From positions 1-42,669 of the IMG/VR virus record IMGVR_UViG_3300008267_000108: 42,669 nt of DNA. One strand, given 5' to 3'. How positions within the stretch are numbered: the stretch's first letter is position 1; each line of letters begins with the position of its first letter. The notes beneath the pieces are model-generated. The model was not told where the DNA came from. It was given only the letters and a program-made list of their open reading frames with translations, and did not search any database. The translations under genes were made by a program, and so were the position numbers. Below, piece by piece: positions 27,608 through 36,792 of this stretch. The stretch is from a virus. Taxonomy: Duplodnaviria; Caudoviricetes.

Positions 27608-28545
27608 TCGTTGATGCTCTCAACGCTTTTTTCCGCGCCTATATTGTAAATCCCACTCTTTCACCAAACGGACAGCCTATTGGTGGAGTTGTTGGGTTTC
27701 TTAAAATTCTACAAAAGCTTTGCAAAGAGACAAAGCCAGACCTTGTAGTTATCTGTTGGGATGGTGCTGGCGGCTCTCGCAAGCGCAAGGCTATGAATTC
27801 CAACTATAAGGAAGGTAGGGCACCTATTCGCCTTAACCGCGATGTTCGCGTTCTATCTGAGAACGACGAACTACAGAATAAGATTTGGCAGCAGACAAGG
27901 GTAATAGAATATCTGAACGAACTTCCAATAGTTCAGCTTATGTATCCAGAGATTGAAGCCGATGATTTGGTGTCATTTGTTTGCACCCTTCCTTTGTTTA
28001 AGGACAGTCAGAAGGTAATCGTATCATCTGACAAGGATTATATTCAGATTCTAGATAAGAATGTAGTCCTTATGCGTCCTATTCAAGACGAGATTCTAAA
28101 TGTAAAGAGAGTTATTGATGAATATAGTATTCACCCAACCAATTTCGCCCTTGCTAGAGCAATTGCTGGAGATAAATCTGACAATCTCGATGGTGTTGGC
28201 GGTGTGGGGCTTAACACGGTAGCGAAGCGGTTTCCATTCTTGGTAGAAAATAAGTCATTTACAATTGATGATGTTCTAGATTATTCTCGCGAACATGGAG
28301 GAAAGGTCAAGGCATATCAAAACGTACTTGAACATGCTCAACTAATTCGTGATAACTATCGAATTATGCAGCTTTATTCTCCACAAATCTCTATTCAAAC
28401 AAAAGTAGAGATTGAAAATATTTTTGATACGTTTGAGCCTCAAATGAGTCTTTTTAACTTCAAAAAAATGATGGTCCAAGATGGATTTGGAGCCTTGAAT
28501 TTTTCCGTGTTGTTTGATACTATGAAGGCGACTAAGGGAGTATAA
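27592..28545 (+). CDS. 5'-3' exonuclease / flap endonuclease (Pol I N-terminal domain / T4 RNase H-like)
   Basis: LIVDALN.FFR, WDG, YKEGR, EADD, IVSSDKDYIQ and GDKSDNL.GV.GVG..T (helix-hairpin-helix). Confidence 0.93.
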   Translation: MHRILIVDALNAFFRAYIVNPTLSPNGQPIGGVVGFLKILQKLCKETKPDLVVICWDGAGGSRKRKAMNSNYKEGRAPIRLNRDVRVLSENDELQNKIWQQTRVIEYLNELPIVQLMYPEIEADDLVSFVCTLPLFKDSQKVIVSSDKDYIQILDKNVVLMRPIQDEILNVKRVIDEYSIHPTNFALARAIAGDKSDNLDGVGGVGLNTVAKRFPFLVENKSFTIDDVLDYSREHGGKVKAYQNVLEHAQLIRDNYRIMQLYSPQISIQTKVEIENIFDTFEPQMSLFNFKKMMVQDGFGALNFSVLFDTMKATKGV

Positions 28546-29556
28546 ATGGTTAGGAACGTAGACATTGTAGTTGGTGCCTGTTGGGGTGACGAGGGTAAAG
28601 GCAAAGTTACCCATCATCTAGCAAAAACTAAAAACTATGACTTTGTAGCTCGTTGGAACGGAGGCTCTAATGCGGGACACACAATTTATCACAATGGTAA
28701 GAAATTTGCCACCCATATCGTTCCTAGTGGTGTGTTTCACAATATTACTTCTGTTATTGGCCCCGGTTGTGTGGTAAATCTTGATGCATTTTATAAAGAA
28801 GTTAATGAGCTACAAGCTGGTGGTATTGATGTTTCTTTAATCAAAGTACATCCACGCGCACATATTGTTACAAACGAACATATCATAGAGGATAAAGCAA
28901 AACTTGCAGGTAAACTTGGCACTACTAGCCAAGGTATAGCACCCGCTTATCGTGATAAGTATGCTAGAGTTGGATTGCTTGCTAAAGATTCAACAATCGA
29001 TAAATCATTTCTATTAGAAGAAGAGTTGCACGGAAATATTCTGTGTGAGGGCGCACAAGGAGTCTGGCTTGATATTAATTGGGGTAATTATCCTTATGTA
29101 ACTTCTAGTGAATGTTTACCTTATGCTGCTTGTTCGCTGGGTTTTAGTCCAAAATCAATTCGTAATATTTATGCGATTGCAAAAGCCTACGATACACGGT
29201 CTGGTGAAGACCCCGACTTTCCAGCTTCGTTATTGGACAATCCAGACCTTCTTGCTATTGCTGATGTGGGCCACGAATATGGAACCACTACAGGACGTAG
29301 ACGAAAAGTTAATTGGCTAAACTTGGATAAGTTAATTGAATCCTGTAGAATCACGGGTGCTACACATCTTATTATCAATAAGTGTGATATCCTAGAGATT
29401 GTTAATCAGTATCGACTATACTATGGTGGTAGACTTGTTGACTTTAATAGTTGGTATAAAATGGCGAGATTTATAGACTCAGCAATAGCTACGGAATGTG
29501 CAGATATACAATCTGTTGTATTTTCTAGGTCACCAGAAGTAGTAGAATCTCTCTAG
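28546..29556 (+). CDS. purA: Adenylosuccinate synthetase, short form
   Basis: WGDEGKGK, GGSNAGHT, GTT.QGI.PAY.DK, EGAQG..LD...G.YPYVTSS and EYGTTTGR.R. Confidence 0.92.
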   Translation: MVRNVDIVVGACWGDEGKGKVTHHLAKTKNYDFVARWNGGSNAGHTIYHNGKKFATHIVPSGVFHNITSVIGPGCVVNLDAFYKEVNELQAGGIDVSLIKVHPRAHIVTNEHIIEDKAKLAGKLGTTSQGIAPAYRDKYARVGLLAKDSTIDKSFLLEEELHGNILCEGAQGVWLDINWGNYPYVTSSECLPYAACSLGFSPKSIRNIYAIAKAYDTRSGEDPDFPASLLDNPDLLAIADVGHEYGTTTGRRRKVNWLNLDKLIESCRITGATHLIINKCDILEIVNQYRLYYGGRLVDFNSWYKMARFIDSAIATECADIQSVVFSRSPEVVESL

Positions 29557-29569
29557 AATTGTTACTTTT

Positions 29570-29604
29570 ATCCCACACTATGCTATTTATAGTGTGGGAT
29601 TTTT
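29570..29604 (+). terminator. Terminator hairpin containing a late-promoter motif (GCTATTTA, 29582-29589)
   Basis: ATCCCACACTAT-gctattt-ATAGTGTGGGAT followed by TTTT. Confidence 0.75.
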
Positions 29605-29607
29605 ATT

Positions 29608-30198
29608 ATGAAATATGATTTAATAGTTGAAACTTGGAAGAGATATATAAATGAAGAGCAAACATCTATCCCGTCTGCTCTCCCAACTGTACCTACTACA
29701 ACAACTGTATCTGACTCTACCGCACAGCAAAAACCAACAGAACAAGAAGAGAAACAAAAATCTATAGACACTATTGTTGGCTCTGTAGAAAACTCTTTGC
29801 ACGACGCATCAGCACTTGCCAATAAAATGGGCATAGATAAGGCAACATTAAGAACCCAACTTAAGGCTCAAATAGATAAAGTAATAGCAGAAAAGAAAAG
29901 AGCCAAAGTAGTAAAGAAAAGTAAATCTGGCGATAGATGCACAAGAATAGCTAAACGTAAATATGATGTTTGGCCTTCTGCTTATGCTTCTGGTGCTGTT
30001 GTTAAATGCCGCCAAGGAAAGATTTGGAAAGGTATATCGGAAGATATGTCAGACGAAGAAATAGATGAAGCATTGTTACTTGAGGAAGTAGAAATTCTTG
30101 AAGAGAAATGGTCAGACAAATATAAACGTTCAATTAATTGTAAGAATCCCAAGGGTTTTTCTCAGAAAGCCCATTGTCAAGGTAGAAAGAAAAAATGA
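29608..30198 (+). CDS. Putative internal head protein: leader plus two basic Cys modules
   Basis: MKYDLIVETWKRYINEE; DRC...AK.KYDVWPSAYASGA.VKCR; LEEKWS.KYK.SINC.NPKGFSQKAHC.GRKK. Confidence 0.65.
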   Translation: MKYDLIVETWKRYINEEQTSIPSALPTVPTTTTVSDSTAQQKPTEQEEKQKSIDTIVGSVENSLHDASALANKMGIDKATLRTQLKAQIDKVIAEKKRAKVVKKSKSGDRCTRIAKRKYDVWPSAYASGAVVKCRQGKIWKGISEDMSDEEIDEALLLEEVEILEEKWSDKYKRSINCKNPKGFSQKAHCQGRKKK

Positions 30199-30953
30199 GC
30201 TACAAACTCTTAATAGAGAGTTGGAGAAGGTTTCTCCATGAAATATCTGCTTATCACGGTTCAGCAGTAGATTTTGATTCATTTGATGCCGAGAAAGCTA
30301 GAGAGTTTGGTTTTCATTTTGGCTCAGTAGAAAGTGCAATGCACAGAAATCAAGCTAATGTTAAAAAATACAATATTGTAGTTACAAAACCTTTAGAACT
30401 TGATGATGTTGGCTTTTGGGAACCAGCATCTATATTGGACAATATGGTAGTTAAAGGTTATATTGCTCAAGATGAAAAACAGGTTTTATTACAAGAAATA
30501 AATTCTGAAGCCACAAGAAAAGCAAAACTATCTGGTTCTTCTTTAAGATATGAAAAGAACGAAATACTTAAATCAAAACTTGAAGAAATGGGATATGATA
30601 GTATCGTATATCAGAATCGTGGTGAGGCTGGCGATACAGCTTATATAGTGTTTAGACCAGAGCAAATTAAATTTATTGAAAAGTTAGATGAAGCTAAAAA
30701 AAGAGCTTATAAACCAAACTTTTCAAGAGAAAAGAAACAAGGTCTTCATGGATGGTTTGCTCGTAATGATGGAAAAGGTTGGGTAAACTGTAGAACTGGC
30801 GGTCCATGTGGTCGTGAATCCGCCGATAGTGGCGGTAAATACCCAGCTTGCAGACCAACTAAGGCACAATGTAAATCTGCTGGCAAAGGCCCGTTAAGAA
30901 AAAAGAAATCTTCCAAAGCAATTTCTTGGACTAAAAAGAAAAAAAAGGACTAA
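30195..30953 (+). CDS. Putative internal head protein: leader, ADP-ribosyltransferase (ART-PolyVal-like) domain, basic Cys module
   Basis: MSYKLLIESWRRFLHE; YHGS..DFDSFD...GFHFG...A...KPL...GYDSI.Y.N...YIVF.PEQIK; C-terminal L..WF...WV....G.PCGR......YP.CRP. Confidence 0.7.
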   Translation: MSYKLLIESWRRFLHEISAYHGSAVDFDSFDAEKAREFGFHFGSVESAMHRNQANVKKYNIVVTKPLELDDVGFWEPASILDNMVVKGYIAQDEKQVLLQEINSEATRKAKLSGSSLRYEKNEILKSKLEEMGYDSIVYQNRGEAGDTAYIVFRPEQIKFIEKLDEAKKRAYKPNFSREKKQGLHGWFARNDGKGWVNCRTGGPCGRESADSGGKYPACRPTKAQCKSAGKGPLRKKKSSKAISWTKKKKKD

Positions 30954-30960
30954 TTAAATC

Positions 30961-32043
30961 ATGAGCAAATTTTCATCTTTTAAAGACCAACAATTAATAA
31001 CAGAAAGTTGGCGTGCATTTATGGTTGAACAACAACCAGTTGGTGTAACTCCTCGACAACCACAACAAGCACAACAAGCACAAGCCGAACCAGAACTTGA
31101 TGTTAGAAAGCCAGTAGACATTAAAAGAATGTTGGCTACTAAAGCTACACAGAAATCTGGTAGCCCCGGACCAGACGAAACAACAAAACAAAATATAAAA
31201 AACAATAAGCAAGTATTAATGTCTGGTCGTGTTGCCGCACAACCAATTCAAGCAGCCCAAATACTTTTACAATTATTTAATCAATTATCCCCGGAAGACC
31301 AAGCAGAGGCTTCAAAGGTAGCTCAACGATTATTGCAGCAAACACCTCAACAACCAACAAAGACACAAAAAACACAAGCCCAACAACAGCCTCCTGTACA
31401 AAAAGAAGGTGTTATAGACCAAGCAGACCAAGCTATTGGTATGGCGGCTTTATCAGCACTTTCTAAATTAGGTAGTGGTGATGCGGGAAAGGGTGTGCAA
31501 ATATTGGGTGCTGGTGCATTTATAACAGCTATTGGTTTGGGATTATACCAAATTGCTAATGGAGATGCTATTACTGGCGGTGCTGTGTTAGTAAAAGCAC
31601 TTGCTAATAATATTGAAAAATTATATAATTCTAATAATCCTACAGATTTAGAAAAAATTCTTTCAACCATAGGTGACGCTCTTACACCCGGTAAGAGAGA
31701 AGATGAAACAATTTATGAAGGTGCCCATTTAGACGATGGCACACTTGTTTGTGAAGCTTGTTTAGAAGAATTGTTAGAAAGCCAAAGAACAATTATTCAA
31801 GAAGCTAAATATCAAGGTCGTACTGTAACACTTAACAAACCAACCAAAGGTGATGTTAAGAAATTTAAAGTATATGTCAAAGACCCATCAACTGGTAATG
31901 TTAAAAAAGTCAATTTTGGTGACCCAAATATGAAAATTAAGAAAAACATACCAGCTAGACGCAAATCTTTTAGAGCAAGACATAATTGCGCCAATCCCGG
32001 TCCAAAAACAAAAGCTAGATACTGGTCTTGTAAGAAGTGGTAG
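30961..32043 (+). CDS. Putative internal head protein: leader, Gln-rich region, hydrophobic segment, basic Cys module
   Basis: QQLITESWRAFMVE; IQEAKYQGR.V.LNKP..GDVKKFKVYV...VKKVNFG...RRKSFRARH.C....K.KARYWSC..W. Confidence 0.65.
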   Translation: MSKFSSFKDQQLITESWRAFMVEQQPVGVTPRQPQQAQQAQAEPELDVRKPVDIKRMLATKATQKSGSPGPDETTKQNIKNNKQVLMSGRVAAQPIQAAQILLQLFNQLSPEDQAEASKVAQRLLQQTPQQPTKTQKTQAQQQPPVQKEGVIDQADQAIGMAALSALSKLGSGDAGKGVQILGAGAFITAIGLGLYQIANGDAITGGAVLVKALANNIEKLYNSNNPTDLEKILSTIGDALTPGKREDETIYEGAHLDDGTLVCEACLEELLESQRTIIQEAKYQGRTVTLNKPTKGDVKKFKVYVKDPSTGNVKKVNFGDPNMKIKKNIPARRKSFRARHNCANPGPKTKARYWSCKKW

Positions 32044-32062
32044 AAAAATAGGAGAAAGATAT

Positions 32063-32941
32063 ATGAATTCATCACACAAAAACCATAAGATGCTTATGGA
32101 AAATTGGCGTAAATATATAAACGAAGAAGCACCAGCTATTAGTAAAATGCAACCAGAAATTGCAGATTATAAAGAAAGAGGCTGCATGTGGGATTATGCA
32201 AATTCTACTGGTATGAAAGTTTTCTTTGATATTACAACATTTTTTAATAAAAATCAAAGTGGATTTGGTAGAGCTATTATTGCAGTAAATACATTTGCAA
32301 ATTTTATGAAAGGTAAGATTAAGGGTGCTACTGCTTCTGCAAACCACGTTGGATTTATTTTTAGTGATGGTTCGATTTTCCATGCTACAACAGATAAAGC
32401 TGGTCCCGGTGTCAGCTTTCAAGACTCAATACCAGATATGTTAGAAAATCCACACCAATATATTATCCTAGATTTAGGTGGTGATGAAAATAAGCTTAAA
32501 CAAGTTTGCCAAGATATATTAAAAGAATTATCAAAAAATATTGACCCAGCACAAGCTTATGACAAAAGAGGTATTGTTAGACAAGCACCGTTAATTGGTA
32601 AATTACTGGCACATTTACCTTTTGCTAAAGAAGAAAATGAATATTCTTTTTATTGTTCTGAATTGGTAGCTAATGCACTTGTTAGAGTTGGATTTATGAC
32701 AGCAGAACAATTAGCTTCAAGAGTATTAAGTGAACAATTAGGTGCCGCTGATGAATTATCACCTACAGAATTATATGACTTAATAGCTAGTAAAGCCAAA
32801 TTAATTACATCTGTTTGTAAAACTTCGCAAGCACAACCAGAACAGCAAGCACAAGAGAAGCCTGTAGAGCAACCTCAAGCTCAACAACAGCCTCAAGCCA
32901 GAGTGGCTAGACCAGAAAGGTTCTTTGAGTCTAAGAAATAA
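32063..32941 (+). CDS. Putative internal head protein: leader plus permuted papain-like (YiiX/YaeF, NlpC/P60 superfamily) amidase
   Basis: KMLMENWRKYINEE; NHVGF...IFHA precedes YD...FYCSELVA (His before Cys, i.e. permuted). Confidence 0.7.
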   Translation: MNSSHKNHKMLMENWRKYINEEAPAISKMQPEIADYKERGCMWDYANSTGMKVFFDITTFFNKNQSGFGRAIIAVNTFANFMKGKIKGATASANHVGFIFSDGSIFHATTDKAGPGVSFQDSIPDMLENPHQYIILDLGGDENKLKQVCQDILKELSKNIDPAQAYDKRGIVRQAPLIGKLLAHLPFAKEENEYSFYCSELVANALVRVGFMTAEQLASRVLSEQLGAADELSPTELYDLIASKAKLITSVCKTSQAQPEQQAQEKPVEQPQAQQQPQARVARPERFFESKK

Positions 32942-32945
32942 CTTC

Positions 32946-32974
32946 TTGACTTATACCTCCAACTAGATTATTAT
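32946..32974 (+). promoter_or_regulatory. Sigma70-like promoter for the helicase/RNR operon
   Basis: TTGACT-17 bp-TATTAT in the intergenic gap. Confidence 0.75.
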
Positions 32975-32999
32975 CTATTCAATCCCCCAAGGTGTCTCT

Positions 33000-34382
33000 A
33001 TGACTAACGAGAAAAGTGACTTTTCGCGTTTCGGCAAAGCTTTTCAAGAAAATCTTGTACAGCTTATGCTTATTGACCGAACATTCTGTGACCAACTTAA
33101 GGAAGTTATGGATATTCAATTCCTTGAATTGAAGTATCTACAGGCTTTCGTACAACGTATCTTTGAATACAAAGATAAATACAAAGTTCATCCAAGTTAC
33201 GAAACAATGACCTCAATTATTCGTAATTCATTGGAAGATGAAAACGAAGCTTTGCAGAAGCAGGTTCGTGATTATTTTGCTCGTATCCATACTAAAGAGA
33301 TTGATGGGGCAGAATATATTAAGGAAACTTCTCTTGATTTCTGTAAGAAGCAGAAGCTTAAAGAAGCAATGCTTAAATCTGTCAAGCTTCTACAAACTGC
33401 CTCATTTGACGAGATTTCAAAAGCAATTAATGATGCTTTGAAACTTGGTATGTCTAATGATATTGGATATGACTTTCTCGTAGATTTTGAAAAGCGATTT
33501 GAAGTCAAGTCTCGCAATCCTGTTACAACAGGGTGGGATGAAATGGACCACTTGTGTAAAGGTGGATTAGGTCGTGGTGAGCTTGGAGTAGTCGTCGCGC
33601 CTACGGGTGCTGGCAAGTCAATGGTGCTTGTGCATCTTGGCACAGAGGCTCTAAAGCACGGAAAGACTGTCGTTCACTACACTCTTGAGCTTTCAGATAC
33701 TGTCGTAGCATCTCGTTACGATAGCTGCTATACACAATTTGCTATTCGTGAGCTTCCTCAATATAAAGACCAAATCTTTGAAATGATTAAGGATATGCCC
33801 GGACGTTTGATTGTAAAAGAGTATCCAACAAAGACAGCTACAACCAATAGTATTCGTCTTCACATCGAAAAGCTTAAAATGCGCGGTATCAACCCAGATA
33901 TGATTATCGTAGACTACGGTGATTTGCTTCGTCCTATTTCTAATCAGAAAGAGAAACGAACAGAACTTGAAACTATTTATGAAGAGCTACGAGGTATTGC
34001 AGCAGAAACTAATTGCCCTGTATGGACAGCATCGCAAACTAATCGTTCTGGTCTAAACGCAGAAGTAATTACAATGGAATCAATCAGCGAAGCATTCAAC
34101 AAGTGCTTCGTAGCAGACCTTATTTTCTCTGTTTCTCGTACTGTAGAAGACAAGACTATAAATGGTGGAAGAATTTTCATTGCTAAGAACAGAAACGGGC
34201 CAGACGGACTTGTTTATCCTATTAGTATGGATACTAGCAATGTTAGTATTAAAATGCTGCCTTCTACTGGAGAAACACCAAACGATATCGTTACCAAGTC
34301 AGCTAAAGAGCAAGAAGAAAATCTTAAGAACAAGTACAAGAAATATAAACGTAAATCAAAAACGGAGAACCAAGATGTTTAA
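33000..34382 (+). CDS. dnaB: Replicative helicase, DnaB / T4 gp41-like
   Basis: TTGW..MD....GG...GELGVVVAPTGAGKS, YTLE, IIVDYGDL, WTASQTNR and KNRNG. Confidence 0.92.
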   Translation: MTNEKSDFSRFGKAFQENLVQLMLIDRTFCDQLKEVMDIQFLELKYLQAFVQRIFEYKDKYKVHPSYETMTSIIRNSLEDENEALQKQVRDYFARIHTKEIDGAEYIKETSLDFCKKQKLKEAMLKSVKLLQTASFDEISKAINDALKLGMSNDIGYDFLVDFEKRFEVKSRNPVTTGWDEMDHLCKGGLGRGELGVVVAPTGAGKSMVLVHLGTEALKHGKTVVHYTLELSDTVVASRYDSCYTQFAIRELPQYKDQIFEMIKDMPGRLIVKEYPTKTATTNSIRLHIEKLKMRGINPDMIIVDYGDLLRPISNQKEKRTELETIYEELRGIAAETNCPVWTASQTNRSGLNAEVITMESISEAFNKCFVADLIFSVSRTVEDKTINGGRIFIAKNRNGPDGLVYPISMDTSNVSIKMLPSTGETPNDIVTKSAKEQEENLKNKYKKYKRKSKTENQDV

Positions 34383-36777
34383 CAAGGACCAAGTAAATCA
34401 AGCAAGTTTAAAATATTTTGACGGTGATGAACTTGCCGCAAATGTATTCACAACAAAATATGCGCTAAAGACAAAAAAGGGTGAATATCTGGAGTCAACA
34501 CCAGATGATTTGCATAAACGTTTAGCTAAAGAGTTTGCTCGTATTGAGCGAAAGTATGAGGGACAATCTTTGGATGAAGATACAATTTATAATCATCTAA
34601 AGAACTTTGGAGAGATTGTACCTCAAGGTTCTCCAATGTATGGTATTGGAAACAACGAGGTAAACGTATCTCTTTCAAATTGTGTAGTTGTCGCCTCGCC
34701 AGAAGACAATATTTCTTCAATTGTTGATTCTGGCAAACAACTAGCCAATCTTTTCAAGCGTCGTTGCGGTGTTGGTCTTGATATCTCCAACCTTAGACCA
34801 GAGGGTATGACCGTAAACAACTCTGCTGGCACCACAACGGGTGCTTGGTCTTTCGCTGATTTCTATTCATACGTTTGCCGTATGATTGGTCAAAACGGTC
34901 GTCGTGGTGCATTGATGATATCACTTGATATCAGACACCCCGACATTGAAAAATTCGTTAAAATGAAACATGATTTAACAAAGGTAACAGGTGCAAATGT
35001 CTCAATTAGAATCTCAGACGACTTTATGGAAGCTGTGGAGCAAGACCAAGATTTTACTCTGCGATTTCCTGTTAATTCCGATACTTATAGTTACACTAAA
35101 AATGTTAGAGCCAGAGAGCTATGGAAGAATATTGTTGATTCCGCGACAAAAACCGCAGAACCCGGACTCTTAATGTGGGGCAACATAGAGAAATACTTAC
35201 CAGCGGAGAGTTATAAAGATGTTGGATTTAAGACACTTACAACAAATCCTTGTGGCGAGATTCCTCTATCTGCTTTCGATTCATGCCGCCTTATTTCAAT
35301 CAACCTCACCTCGTTCGTTAAAAACAAATTTGAAGACAATTCTTTCTTCGATTTTGACCGTCTATATAGCGTTGTTCGCCACGGTATGCGCTTATCTGAT
35401 GATTTGGTTGACCTTGAAATTGAAAAATTGGAAGGAATCCTTTCAGCCTGCAATACTGCGGACGAGAAGGAGCTATGGACGAACCTACTCCGTGCTTGCA
35501 GAGAAGGAAGGCGTACAGGTCTTGGAACGCACGGACTCGCAGACGCACTAGCCTGTCTTAAGATGCCTTATGATTCAGCAGAAGGCTTAGTAATGATTGA
35601 TAAAATTTATCAAACTGTCCGTAATGCTGCTTACTTTGAGTCTTGTATGTTAGCGAAAGAGCGTGGTTCCTTCCCTGTATTCGATTGGGAGAAGGAAAAG
35701 AACAATGCTTTTATCAAAAACCTCCCAGAAGATATCCGTGAACTTATTAGAACAGTAGGTCGTAGAAATATTAGCATCTTAACAAATGCTCCAACTGGTT
35801 CTGTATCAATTATGTCACAAACATCATCTGGTCTTGAGCCAGTATTCCGTAATTTCTATATTCGCCGTCGCAAGCTTTCTCACAACGAGCAAGACCAAAT
35901 GGCAGCTTTCGTAGATGCTATGGGCGATAAATGGACTGAATACAAAGTTTATCATCATAACGTACAACAATACTTAAAGAAATTTGAGACTGACCAGATT
36001 CCATCATTCTTTACAGAGTCCGATGGTATCAATTGGAAGCGTCGTGTTGAAATCCAAGGTGTAATTCAGAAATACATCGACCACTCCATTTCCTCTACAA
36101 TCAATCTTCCAAAGGGTACAAGCCCAGATGTAGTTTCTGAGCTTTATCTACTTGGTTGGAAACTTGGTCTTAAGGGCGTTACAGTATATGTTGATGGTTC
36201 TCGCGATGGTGTTCTTATTACAGAAACCAAGAAAGAAACGTTCCCACAACACAACGCACCAAAACGTCCAACAACTCTTGATACTGATATCCACAATCTT
36301 ACAATCAAGGGTGAAAAGTGGACTGTTCTTGTTGGTCTTCTTGATGGTAAACCATATGAAATTCTTGGTGGAGCAAACAAAATTGTTGACCTTCCAAAGA
36401 ACGCTAAAAATGGTAAACTTGTAAAAGTATCGACAGGTAAAAATCAAGCTCGTTATGATTTGGCCGTTGATGATTTGCTTATCAAAGACGTAGTAAAAGT
36501 ATTTGACAACGCCAATCACTCTGCCTTCACTCGCTTGCTTTCGCTCTCATTACGTCATGGTGCCCCAATCAATTACGTTGTAGAGCAAATGCAGAAAGAT
36601 TCCGACTCAGATATGTTCTCATTCTCTCGCTGTGTTGCAAGAGTTCTCAAACAATATGTTCCAGACGGTACAAAGGTAAGTAGCCAAAAGGCTTGTCCAG
36701 AATGTAATTCAACTAATCTTATTTACCAAGATGGTTGTGCAACCTGTGGAGATTGTGGACACAGTAAATGTGGATAA
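34375..36777 (+). CDS. nrdJ: Class II (adenosylcobalamin-dependent) ribonucleotide reductase
   Basis: LSNCVV, GRRGALM, HPDI, AEPG, TNPCGE, RRTGLG, APTG and C-terminal Zn ribbon ending SKCG. ATG at 34375 has a GGAG RBS. No beta subunit in the window. Confidence 0.88.
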   Translation: MFNKDQVNQASLKYFDGDELAANVFTTKYALKTKKGEYLESTPDDLHKRLAKEFARIERKYEGQSLDEDTIYNHLKNFGEIVPQGSPMYGIGNNEVNVSLSNCVVVASPEDNISSIVDSGKQLANLFKRRCGVGLDISNLRPEGMTVNNSAGTTTGAWSFADFYSYVCRMIGQNGRRGALMISLDIRHPDIEKFVKMKHDLTKVTGANVSIRISDDFMEAVEQDQDFTLRFPVNSDTYSYTKNVRARELWKNIVDSATKTAEPGLLMWGNIEKYLPAESYKDVGFKTLTTNPCGEIPLSAFDSCRLISINLTSFVKNKFEDNSFFDFDRLYSVVRHGMRLSDDLVDLEIEKLEGILSACNTADEKELWTNLLRACREGRRTGLGTHGLADALACLKMPYDSAEGLVMIDKIYQTVRNAAYFESCMLAKERGSFPVFDWEKEKNNAFIKNLPEDIRELIRTVGRRNISILTNAPTGSVSIMSQTSSGLEPVFRNFYIRRRKLSHNEQDQMAAFVDAMGDKWTEYKVYHHNVQQYLKKFETDQIPSFFTESDGINWKRRVEIQGVIQKYIDHSISSTINLPKGTSPDVVSELYLLGWKLGLKGVTVYVDGSRDGVLITETKKETFPQHNAPKRPTTLDTDIHNLTIKGEKWTVLVGLLDGKPYEILGGANKIVDLPKNAKNGKLVKVSTGKNQARYDLAVDDLLIKDVVKVFDNANHSAFTRLLSLSLRHGAPINYVVEQMQKDSDSDMFSFSRCVARVLKQYVPDGTKVSSQKACPECNSTNLIYQDGCATCGDCGHSKCG

Positions 36778-36792
36778 AATAATAAATAACCC

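Noticed and set aside
28546-29556. PurZ / 2-aminoadenine (Z-genome) pathway
   Set aside because: The P-loop is GDEGKG with the PurA Asp, not the PurZ GSTGKG, and no DatZ- or MazZ-like gene was recognised in the window.
31030-31400. CAA-rich quasi-repeats (also at 32825-32900)
   Set aside because: They encode Gln/Pro low-complexity linkers and do not form a regular DNA repeat array.
33972-33979. ACTATTTA inside dnaB
   Set aside because: It is about 400 bp from the next start and precedes nrdJ; a few chance hits of an AT-rich 8-mer are expected.
34162-34374. N-terminal extension of NrdJ given by the ORF track
   Set aside because: It overlaps dnaB by over 200 bp, whereas the ATG at 34375 has a proper GGAG RBS.
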